Source: Dehalococcoidia bacterium (GTDB lineage: Bacteria; Chloroflexota; Dehalococcoidia; UBA2979). Taken from it: DNA of 64,000 nucleotides. The notes under the pieces are model-generated. The model saw nothing but the letters and a program-made list of their open reading frames with translations. It ran no database searches and had not been told where the DNA came from. A program made the translations under genes and the position numbers. The DNA is taken from positions 228,804 to 292,803 of the forward strand of contig JBJKVL010000001.1 in assembly GCA_045562675.1 (NCBI GenBank), written 5' to 3'. Below, in pieces: positions 27,508 through 35,913 of this stretch; within the stretch, counting starts at the first letter, position 1; the number at the start of each line of letters is the position of its first letter.

Positions 27508-29508
27508 GTGTTCAAAAAATACCAATTGGTTAGAAATCGATTTTATGTGTTTATATTCTTCTCTTTTTGTCTGTTGATTAGCTGTTCAGGTCCTAATCAA
27601 CAGACTGTGAATGATAAACAATCAACCATCGTATTAAATCAAGAGCAAACGTCTGTTGATACTCCTTCTGGTGATGTAGATAAATTAGATGATGAGAAAA
27701 AAATCAATAATGAAACTATTGTGATCAATAAATCAAAATTATTAGCAAGTCTTAGTTGTGAACAATTGCCAGCGCAATATGATCGCAAGCGATTTGAGGC
27801 TACTCTTTTAATCGATGGTAGCGATGCAAAGGAGGATTATTTTTTATCCGTTCTTGATGAAAATATGAATGAGGTAGAGCTAATTGACTTAGATGCTATA
27901 ACAAATAAGATTATAGCAGGAAGTACAAGTCAAATTTCTGCAGAACAAGAAACAATAATTTTAGTACGTGATGCTAATGGTATTTGTAAATCAGCAATTT
28001 ATCTTCAGGCTAATATTGATAATGCAAATCAATTTATATTTAATTTATCAACAATGAGCTATGAAATGGAACAAAAAAAAGTTCAAGAAGTTGTTGTGGC
28101 TCCAAAACAAGTCGATCAAACTAAAAAAACAGTTAATGCAACTATGAATAATGATCCGCAAAAACCTGTTATTGATGATAAAGTAAAGCTGCCAAAACCA
28201 CAATTTACGCCAGAAACATTGTCATTTTTGTTAGATGCTGCCTATTCAGGAATAGACGTTACTTATTTATCTCAGATAGAGAATAATGTCTCTGGGCGCA
28301 ATGAGCTCGAATTGCACAAATGGAATCAGGATATAGACATTTCAATTATTGGTAATTCATCGTTTGATCAAAGAAAAATGATTAGTGAATCAGTATTTAC
28401 TGTTCGTAAACTTATTAAAGACTTTGATATCAATATTCTGCAAAATAAATCAAAGGAAGGCAATTTTCTTATTTATATAGGATTAAAAGATTATCTAATT
28501 GATAAAGGAATGTACGAATCTGCAGATTGCTGGAATTGGCAAAGGGACATTTATAAAAATTCGGGCGATATAGCAAAATTTGTAATTTTTATTAATACTG
28601 ATAACGAATGCAAGCATTCATTACACTATATTCAGCAGGGACTTTTGCAAGGCCTGGGCTTAACAGGAACAACAAATAGATATCTCAGAAGCGTTTTTAA
28701 TTCAAGGACTTATATGAAAGAATATTCTGATGAAGATTTGGATATTCTTGAATTATTTTATAATCCATTAATTACTTCAAAAATGAAACCAATGGATTTA
28801 ATAAATATAATAAAATCTTCTGAGCAATCATTGGATGAGTTGGATATCAATAAATATGCAAAATTAGCATTAAAAAATGATGCAACAGCAAGTTTTTCAA
28901 AATTCAATCAACAGGAAATTGATTATCTTATTGAAATTGCATATGGCAGAGAGTTTAGTCAAGATGCTACAAATTTATTAAAATGGGAAAAAGATATTCG
29001 TATTCACATTGAAGTTGAAGGAGATTATCAAGATGAAATTCAAATGGCATTTTTAGAGATAGTGAGTAAGCTGAATGCTTTAACGCCATCAATTACTATT
29101 GTTCCAGAGTCACGCAATCCAAATTATAATGTCTTTGTAGGTCCTCGCTCAGAGTTATCTAAGATCAATCCTTATTTTTTCGTTGATAGCATAAATACTC
29201 AAGGATTAGTACAAGTTTGGAAAAATAATAATAATGATTCAGCTCAGTATGCAAGAGCAATGGTTATCAACGATAGCATTGGTGCGATTAGATTTCAAGA
29301 AATTCGTAACATACTCCAAGAAGAAATCACACAAGGTCTTGGTTTATTAAATGATAGCTATAAGTATCCAGAGAGTATTTTTTATGAATTACAAGGATCA
29401 AATGACATCATGAGCCCATTAGATAGAAAGATAATTTATATGATGTATGACAATAATGTAAAAGCAGGATTTACTGAGTCTCAAACTAGAGCAATATTTA
29501 GTAATTAG
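27508..29508 (+). CDS. lipoprotein with two tandem DUF2927-like domains
   Basis: GTG 27508 is preceded by AGGAAG. Lipobox FCLLIS-C. Two homologous halves: HKWNQDIDISIIG...QQGLLQGLGLTG...LDILELFYNP and LKWEKDIRIHIEV...QEEITQGLGLLND...LDRKIIYMMYDN. The family name is from memory. Confidence 0.6.
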   Translation: MFKKYQLVRNRFYVFIFFSFCLLISCSGPNQQTVNDKQSTIVLNQEQTSVDTPSGDVDKLDDEKKINNETIVINKSKLLASLSCEQLPAQYDRKRFEATLLIDGSDAKEDYFLSVLDENMNEVELIDLDAITNKIIAGSTSQISAEQETIILVRDANGICKSAIYLQANIDNANQFIFNLSTMSYEMEQKKVQEVVVAPKQVDQTKKTVNATMNNDPQKPVIDDKVKLPKPQFTPETLSFLLDAAYSGIDVTYLSQIENNVSGRNELELHKWNQDIDISIIGNSSFDQRKMISESVFTVRKLIKDFDINILQNKSKEGNFLIYIGLKDYLIDKGMYESADCWNWQRDIYKNSGDIAKFVIFINTDNECKHSLHYIQQGLLQGLGLTGTTNRYLRSVFNSRTYMKEYSDEDLDILELFYNPLITSKMKPMDLINIIKSSEQSLDELDINKYAKLALKNDATASFSKFNQQEIDYLIEIAYGREFSQDATNLLKWEKDIRIHIEVEGDYQDEIQMAFLEIVSKLNALTPSITIVPESRNPNYNVFVGPRSELSKINPYFFVDSINTQGLVQVWKNNNNDSAQYARAMVINDSIGAIRFQEIRNILQEEITQGLGLLNDSYKYPESIFYELQGSNDIMSPLDRKIIYMMYDNNVKAGFTESQTRAIFSN

Positions 29509-29617
29509 GATACGTTATATTTAAAATATTATGCTAGAATTACTTTCTGGGGGATTTCGTTTATCATTAATTTATTTATGAATATACAACTCCTAGACTA
29601 ACGGAGAGGAGATTCTT

Positions 29618-30679
29618 ATGGGATCTAAATTTTTAAGGGCGGCTGTGACTTCTATTGCTGTCCTCGGAATTACACTTGCTGCTTGTTCTAGTGATGACAC
29701 TAGCTCTACAGGAAGTGTAACTCTAAATGAAGTTACTGATCGTGGTGTCTTAAACTGTGGTGTTAAAGATAGCCAGCCAGGATTCGGTTTTATGAATCCA
29801 GATGGTGTTATGGAAGGTAATGACGTTGAGTATTGCAAGGCAATCGCTGCTGCAGTACTTGGAGATGCATCAAAAGTTAATTTTGTTCCTGCATCTGCAA
29901 AAGCTAGATTTGATATACTTGCTGCGAAAGAGATTGATGTTCTAATTAGAACTACAACTTGGACTGCCAGTAGAGATATTAATCTTAAAACAACTTTTGC
30001 TCATACTACATTCTATGATGGTCAAGGAATGATGGTGAAATCTGCTTCTCAATTTGCAGAAACAGCTGATTTGAACGGTGCTACAATTTGTGTAACAACT
30101 GGTACAACCACTGAGCAAAATTTGGAAGATTTCTTTGCTGATAGAGGCTTGTCATATACTGCTTTAGCAGTAGAAAATGATGCAGAGTCTCAGGCAGCTT
30201 TCTTACAAGATAGATGTGATGGTTGGACTGGTGATAAGTCTAACTTAGCTGGTCAAAGAAGCGCTTATCCTGCTGAAGGTGGCGGTTCTGCAGCATTGAG
30301 AATTTTACCTGATACATTATCAAAGGAACCTCTTGGTCCAGTTACTCGTGAAGACGATCCTTTATGGTCACAAATTGTTGACTGGGTTGTCCTTGGTACT
30401 ATTTTAGCTGAAGAATTCGGCGTTGACAGTACTAATGTAGCTGCACAAGCTTCTAGTCCTAAAAATAAGGATGTATCAAGATTACTTTGTGCTGGCGCTG
30501 AGCCAACTGAATTCAATCTAGGTATTTCTTGTGACTTTATGCAAAATGTTATTGCACAAGTTGGAAACTTTGGTGAGATCTATGCACGAACAATTGAACC
30601 AATTGGTCTTGCTCGTGAGGGTAGTTTGAATGCTTCTTGGAAAAATGGTGGATTAATTTATGCACCCCCAATGAGGTAA
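29618..30679 (+). CDS. aapJ: amino-acid ABC transporter substrate-binding lipoprotein (AapJ/YhdW type)
   Basis: Lipobox ITLAAC-SS. 353 aa family-3 SBP look. Followed by two ~340-390-aa permeases and an ATPase, the AapJQMP architecture. GGAGAGGAG RBS. Confidence 0.8.
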   Translation: MGSKFLRAAVTSIAVLGITLAACSSDDTSSTGSVTLNEVTDRGVLNCGVKDSQPGFGFMNPDGVMEGNDVEYCKAIAAAVLGDASKVNFVPASAKARFDILAAKEIDVLIRTTTWTASRDINLKTTFAHTTFYDGQGMMVKSASQFAETADLNGATICVTTGTTTEQNLEDFFADRGLSYTALAVENDAESQAAFLQDRCDGWTGDKSNLAGQRSAYPAEGGGSAALRILPDTLSKEPLGPVTREDDPLWSQIVDWVVLGTILAEEFGVDSTNVAAQASSPKNKDVSRLLCAGAEPTEFNLGISCDFMQNVIAQVGNFGEIYARTIEPIGLAREGSLNASWKNGGLIYAPPMR

Positions 30680-30694
30680 TATAACTTAACTTTA

Positions 30695-30741
30695 AAGTAT
30701 ATGGTTGCTTATTTTTTTTGAGTGACCATATACTTTTTTTC
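30695..30741 (+). terminator. intra-operon rho-independent terminator/attenuator after the SBP gene
   Basis: Perfect 11-bp inverted repeat AAGTATATGGT (30695-30705) / ACCATATACTT (30725-30735), followed by a T run. The loop is long (19 nt). Confidence 0.55.
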
Positions 30742-30754
30742 TTTTAAATAATTA

Positions 30755-31768
30755 ATGACTATTGGAAATTTTGTGTTCAAAGATTTTTTTTTCAAGACAA
30801 ATAAGCGCAAGAACAATACTTTACAGTGCATTTATATCTTTTTTCTTTCATTGTTATTATTTTATTTATATTTGAAAGCTTCAAAACTTGAGTTAGGTTT
30901 TGATTTTTTAACAAACGAAGCTGGATTTGCACTAGCCAATCAATGGCTCACAGATTATACGCCAACAAATAATAGAATTGATGCATATGTTACTGGAGTA
31001 TTTAATACTATTAGATTAGTTTTTGTAGGAATTTTCCTTGCTACATTCCTGGGTGTTATTATTGGTATTGCTCGATTATCAAGCAATTGGCTGGTAAGAA
31101 AAATTGCTACAGTATATGTTGAAGTGATTAGAAATTTACCACTTTTATTACAAATAATTTTTTGGTGGTCATTCACGCTTGCTTTACCAACAATTAAAGA
31201 ATATATCAATTTGTTTGATGTGATATTAATCTCTAATCGTGGAATTGCCTTGCCGACAATTTTATTTTTTGAAAACGGTTCCATTATTGATTTTGTTAGA
31301 CCTGTTGTAACTGTTGCTGAAAATACTGTTGTTCAATATACTGCTGGCTTTGTAATTTCAACTGAGTTCCTGGCAATTTTATTAGGTCTAGTGATTTATA
31401 CTGCTTCATTTATAGCAGAAATTGTTCGAGGAGCAATTCAAGCACTTCCTAAAGGACAAACTGAAGCCGCACAAGCCCTGGGATTTAGTACTTTTCAATC
31501 ACTGAGATTAATTATATTACCACAAGCTTTAAGAATTATTATTCCGCCTGTAACTAACCAATATCTTAATTTAACAAAAAATTCAAGTTTAGCAGTCGTC
31601 ATTGGATACTCTGATCTGTTTTTAGTCAGTGGAATTATTATGAATAAAGCTGGACATGCAATTCCAATGTTTATTATTATTATTCTGACTTATCAATCAA
31701 TGAGTTTTCTAATTTCATTAGCTATGAATTATTTCAATAAAAAAGTTGCTTTAGTAGGGAATAGATAA
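30755..31768 (+). CDS. aapQ: amino-acid ABC transporter permease (AapQ/YhdX type)
   Basis: Polytopic protein with the EAA-type loop GQTEAAQALGFSTFQSLRLIILPQALR. Confidence 0.85.
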   Translation: MTIGNFVFKDFFFKTNKRKNNTLQCIYIFFLSLLLFYLYLKASKLELGFDFLTNEAGFALANQWLTDYTPTNNRIDAYVTGVFNTIRLVFVGIFLATFLGVIIGIARLSSNWLVRKIATVYVEVIRNLPLLLQIIFWWSFTLALPTIKEYINLFDVILISNRGIALPTILFFENGSIIDFVRPVVTVAENTVVQYTAGFVISTEFLAILLGLVIYTASFIAEIVRGAIQALPKGQTEAAQALGFSTFQSLRLIILPQALRIIIPPVTNQYLNLTKNSSLAVVIGYSDLFLVSGIIMNKAGHAIPMFIIIILTYQSMSFLISLAMNYFNKKVALVGNR

Positions 31769-32946
31769 TGAACAACATGTTATTCCAGTCTAAAATTTGG
31801 CTCATCGAAAATCTATTTTCATCAAAATTGAACATTGCTCTTTCAACTTTTTCGATCATATTGTCATATTATTTTATTGCTTCGTTGTTAAATTTTATTT
31901 TCATCTCTGCTGATTGGACGGTAGTAGATGTTAATTTGAGATTAATGTTATTAGGTCCTTTTCCTAAAGATGCTGAATGGCGCATATGGGCATCTATTTT
32001 TTGGGTGACATTTATGTCTGGTTTGTCTTACAAACATTTAAGTACATTTCATCTAAAGCACCTTATGAACTTATCTCCATTAATTTTGTTTATACTTTTT
32101 TTGATCGACCCAATTAAAAATATAATAATCACACTATTAACTCTTATTTCCTTTATTTTATTTGTCGCTGGGTACCTCTTCCCGTATGAGCGAATACCAA
32201 AATTTAGTAAGAGTGCTTTTATCTTATTTGGATGGGCAATTACCTTGCCTTTGATTGTCATATTTTTGAAAATTTTTGGAGGGGTAGAAACAACTAAGTG
32301 GGGTGGTTATTTTTTAAATATTATGCTTGCTTGGGTTGGTATAATATTTGGCTTTCTTGTCGGACTTATTTTCGCTATAGGTCGTGCAAGTTCTTTGCCA
32401 GCAATAAAATATTCTTGCACATTTTATATTGAAGTAATTAGAGCAGCACCATTAGTTGCATGGTTATTCTTTGCTTATTTAGTTATACCTGATCTATTAC
32501 CTGGATTTTTTGCGGGTAAAGTAGATATTGCTTTAAGAGTTATGATTGTGTTGTCTGCATTTACTGCAGCATATATTGCAGAAATTATTCGAGGAGGCCT
32601 GCAATCTGTCCCAATTGGGCAAGTGGAAGCTTCTAAAGCTTTAGGTATGAATACATACCAAACAACAGCATTGATAGTACTACCTCAAGCAATTAGAGCA
32701 GTGATTCCTGCATTAGTCAGTCAATTTATTGCTTTATGGAAAGATACTACACTAATTTTAGCAGCAGGTTTAGCCTTTAGAGAACTACTTGGTTCAGGTA
32801 AGTCAGCACTGGCTCAATTTGAATTTATAGGAAGATACAATGAAATTTATTTGTTCATTGGTTTAATGTTCTGGATTGTATCTTTTGGTATGTCTAGGCT
32901 AAGTTACAATTTTGAAAAAGATTTAGGTTTGAACCGGGAGGATTAA
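31768..32946 (+). CDS. aapM: amino-acid ABC transporter permease (AapM/YhdY type)
   Basis: Polytopic protein with the EAA-type loop GQVEASKALGMNTYQTTALIVLPQAIR. The start overlaps the aapQ stop (ATAATG). Confidence 0.85.
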   Translation: MNNMLFQSKIWLIENLFSSKLNIALSTFSIILSYYFIASLLNFIFISADWTVVDVNLRLMLLGPFPKDAEWRIWASIFWVTFMSGLSYKHLSTFHLKHLMNLSPLILFILFLIDPIKNIIITLLTLISFILFVAGYLFPYERIPKFSKSAFILFGWAITLPLIVIFLKIFGGVETTKWGGYFLNIMLAWVGIIFGFLVGLIFAIGRASSLPAIKYSCTFYIEVIRAAPLVAWLFFAYLVIPDLLPGFFAGKVDIALRVMIVLSAFTAAYIAEIIRGGLQSVPIGQVEASKALGMNTYQTTALIVLPQAIRAVIPALVSQFIALWKDTTLILAAGLAFRELLGSGKSALAQFEFIGRYNEIYLFIGLMFWIVSFGMSRLSYNFEKDLGLNRED

Positions 32947-33690
32947 ATGAATCAAAAAAATAACGTAATAATTCATGCAGAAAATGTCAAAAAAAAATTT
33001 GGTGATTTTTATGCTTTAAAAGGTGTTTCAATGAATGTTCATGAAGGAGAAGTTGTTGTTGTTCTAGGGCCATCAGGTTCAGGAAAATCGACGTTCATTC
33101 GTACAATTAATCAGTTGGAAAAACATGATGAAGGAAAAATTATTGTTGATGGTACTGAGCTTAATGATGATATAAAAAATTTAGAAACTATTCGTTCAAA
33201 TGTAGGAATGGTATTTCAACAATTTAATTTATTTCCTCATCTAACAGTTAAGAGAAATGTAGCATTAGCACCACAAAAAGTTAGAGGCCTGTCTGTCGAA
33301 GAAGCTGAGTCAATTGCAATGCCGTTGTTAGAACGAGTTGGTATCCCTGAGCAAGCTGATAAATTTCCTGCACAATTATCAGGCGGCCAACAACAAAGAG
33401 TTGCAATCGCAAGAGCATTGGCAATGCAACCAAAAATAATGTTATTTGATGAACCAACCTCTGCCTTAGATCCTGAGATGATTAAAGAAGTTTTAGATGT
33501 TATGAAAGAACTCGCTGCTTCTGGCATGACGATGATTGTTGTGACGCATGAAATGGGTTTTGCTAAGGAGGCAGCTGACAGATTTTATTTTTTTGATGAA
33601 GGATTGTTAGTAGAAGAAGGCACACCTGAACATTTTTTCACTAATCCAAAAGAAGATAGAACAAAATTATTTTTAAGTCAGATACTATAG
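32947..33690 (+). CDS. aapP: amino-acid ABC transporter ATP-binding protein
   Basis: Walker [10 protein letters not shown], signature [15 protein letters not shown], Walker [12 protein letters not shown]. Confidence 0.93.
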   Translation: MNQKNNVIIHAENVKKKFGDFYALKGVSMNVHEGEVVVVLGPSGSGKSTFIRTINQLEKHDEGKIIVDGTELNDDIKNLETIRSNVGMVFQQFNLFPHLTVKRNVALAPQKVRGLSVEEAESIAMPLLERVGIPEQADKFPAQLSGGQQQRVAIARALAMQPKIMLFDEPTSALDPEMIKEVLDVMKELAASGMTMIVVTHEMGFAKEAADRFYFFDEGLLVEEGTPEHFFTNPKEDRTKLFLSQIL

Positions 33691-33894
33691 ATGGTATGGT
33701 AGAATTATCACGGAGTTAGCAATGCTTGATATGTGCAGCAATTTTTTCTGTCAGTATTCAGAATTTATTATTTTTGTTTCTAGCATATACCTCTTCTCTG
33801 ATTTTATTTTTTCCTTTATCGCAAATAAAGAATAATTTATATTACTAGAGTAATTAAGTAATTACTTTGTTAAAGTAGCTAAAAGGTAAATTGC

Positions 33895-34647
33895 ATGAAA
33901 AGATACTTTCCTATTAAAAGTTTGTTCACTATTTTTATATTTATTTTATTGATTTTTAGTAGTGTCAATTCTTCTGTTTCTGCTCAAGCGCCCATGACTG
34001 TTTTTGGCGTTGTTCCTAGTTCCACTGCAACAGTAAAAATTTTTATCGATGGTACATTTTGTAAAGATGCTGATATTTTAGCAGAACCTAATAGTTCAAC
34101 TGGTTATATTTTCTTGGGTTATATTGATGAAGGTGAGTGTAGTGCATTCGCTGATTCATTAATAAGTTTCAATTTAAATGATCAAACTTCTAAAGAGACT
34201 ATTTTATGGCGTAAAGGTGGTGCTCCTCAATCAGCCACTGGCTTAGTATTAAACTCTAGTGGTAGTCAAAATGATACTGCAGAGAGTAAACAGGTAGCTA
34301 ATTCTAGTGCAGAAAAAAAATCACTACCAACATTGCCTGGCCCTGCTGAAAAACCAAAGGATACTTCTGATTCCAAAGATACTAAAGTAGTTCCTGAACC
34401 AGAAAAGAATACGGACACTGTAGAACAAAACAAGCAAAATGATAGTCAGCCTAAAGAACAACAAGCTTCTGCTAAGCAGGAGGATACAAAGCAACCAATA
34501 ACAAAAAATACTCCTCAGTCTCAAATGCAAGAAAAGCAAACAGTTATTGAAAGCAATGAAAATGATTCAGGTAGAAACACATTAGTTTTTGCTGGGCTAG
34601 CTACTGTATTGGTCTTACTAGGTTTTTATTCTTTAGCTAGACGTTAA
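33895..34647 (+). CDS. secreted, C-terminally anchored protein with low-complexity stalk
   Basis: Signal peptide ending VSA-QAP, then a ~100-aa Cys-containing globular domain. A long K/E/Q/T/P/S-rich linker follows, then a C-terminal TM plus basic tail (LVFAGLATVLVLLGFYSLARR). No LPXTG. Confidence 0.6.
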   Translation: MKRYFPIKSLFTIFIFILLIFSSVNSSVSAQAPMTVFGVVPSSTATVKIFIDGTFCKDADILAEPNSSTGYIFLGYIDEGECSAFADSLISFNLNDQTSKETILWRKGGAPQSATGLVLNSSGSQNDTAESKQVANSSAEKKSLPTLPGPAEKPKDTSDSKDTKVVPEPEKNTDTVEQNKQNDSQPKEQQASAKQEDTKQPITKNTPQSQMQEKQTVIESNENDSGRNTLVFAGLATVLVLLGFYSLARR

Positions 34648-34672
34648 TTATATTAATACTTAGGAGAAAATA

Positions 34673-35881
34673 TTGGATTGGTCGGATACACCTGTTCAGC
34701 AACAATTTCGTGAAGAAGTCATAGAATACATTGAGAGCAATTTACCTGCTTATTATGTAAATTCTAAAACACCTACTGGTTTAGAAGCTGGTGACTGGCA
34801 GAATTTTTTTGCTTTAGGTAATAAAGAGCAAAAAGATGCAGCAACAAAATGGATGAATGTTCTGCAAATAAAAGGGTGGGTTGCTCCACATTGGCCTAAA
34901 GAATATGGTGGTGCAGGTTTTTCTCCTATTGAGCAATTTATTCTGCATCAGGAAATGGCACTTCATGATGCACCAACGGTTGGTGGTCAAGGTGTCTCTA
35001 TGTTAGGGCCAACAATATTAATTCATGGTACAGATGAGCAAAAAAAGAAATTTTTACAACCTACTTTGTCTGGTGAAATGCTTTGGGCGCAAGGTTTTTC
35101 AGAACCAGGGGCAGGTTCAGATTTAGCATCCTTACAAGCAAGAGCTGAAAAAAATGGTGATAATTATCTTATTAATGGTCAAAAACTTTGGACTTCAAGA
35201 TCGCACAAATCAAATTGGATTTTTGGTCTTTTTCGAACTGATCCTGATGCACCAAAACATCGTGGAATTAGCTTCTTTGTTATGGACCAAAATACAGAAG
35301 GCTTGTCTGTCAATCCGATCATTGATATGGCTTGGGAGCACTCAACTAATGAAACTTTCTATGAAAATGTTATTGTGCCTGATTCTCAAATCATTGGTCC
35401 TGAAAACCGAGGTTGGTATGTTGCAATGACTTTATTAGATTATGAACGGTCTAATATATCTGGAGCTATACAAAAAAGAAAAAAAATTGAAGAATTAATT
35501 AGGTTCACAACTGATAAAAAAAATAGTGCGATCGTAAGACTTAATCAATTAAGACAGGCTATTACAGATAGATATATTGAGTCTGAGGTACTTTTTAATT
35601 TCTCTTTGCGAATTGTTTCTTTGCAGGCAACTGACGTAGTACCAAATTATGAAGCATCTGTTTCCAAAATATTTGATTCTGAACTAAGCCAACGACTTTC
35701 AAATACTGGCACAAAAATTTTTGGTCTTTATGGTAATTTATGGGATGAAGATCGAAGTCCTATGGATGCTTTTTTTACGAGAGAATATGCACATTCTGTT
35801 GTTCGAACAATTTTTGGTGGTGCAAGTGAAATTCAACGTAATATTATTGCTACGAGAGGGTTAGGTTTACCAAGAGGATAG
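34673..35881 (+). CDS. acyl-CoA dehydrogenase family protein
   Basis: 402 aa with WAQGFSEPGAGSDLASLQ and C-terminal GGASEIQRNIIA, typical ACAD signatures. TTG start. Confidence 0.88.
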   Translation: MDWSDTPVQQQFREEVIEYIESNLPAYYVNSKTPTGLEAGDWQNFFALGNKEQKDAATKWMNVLQIKGWVAPHWPKEYGGAGFSPIEQFILHQEMALHDAPTVGGQGVSMLGPTILIHGTDEQKKKFLQPTLSGEMLWAQGFSEPGAGSDLASLQARAEKNGDNYLINGQKLWTSRSHKSNWIFGLFRTDPDAPKHRGISFFVMDQNTEGLSVNPIIDMAWEHSTNETFYENVIVPDSQIIGPENRGWYVAMTLLDYERSNISGAIQKRKKIEELIRFTTDKKNSAIVRLNQLRQAITDRYIESEVLFNFSLRIVSLQATDVVPNYEASVSKIFDSELSQRLSNTGTKIFGLYGNLWDEDRSPMDAFFTREYAHSVVRTIFGGASEIQRNIIATRGLGLPRG

Positions 35882-35913
35882 ATTGTGAAAACTGAGGATA
35901 GATTGTGAAAACT
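35874..35913 (+). repeat. perfect 20-bp tandem duplication (GAGGATAGATTGTGAAAACT x2) at the ACAD stop / MMPL start junction
   Basis: Read directly: 35874-35893 is identical to 35894-35913. Each copy contains a GAGGA Shine-Dalgarno-like motif, a TAG and a GTG. Confidence 0.95.
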
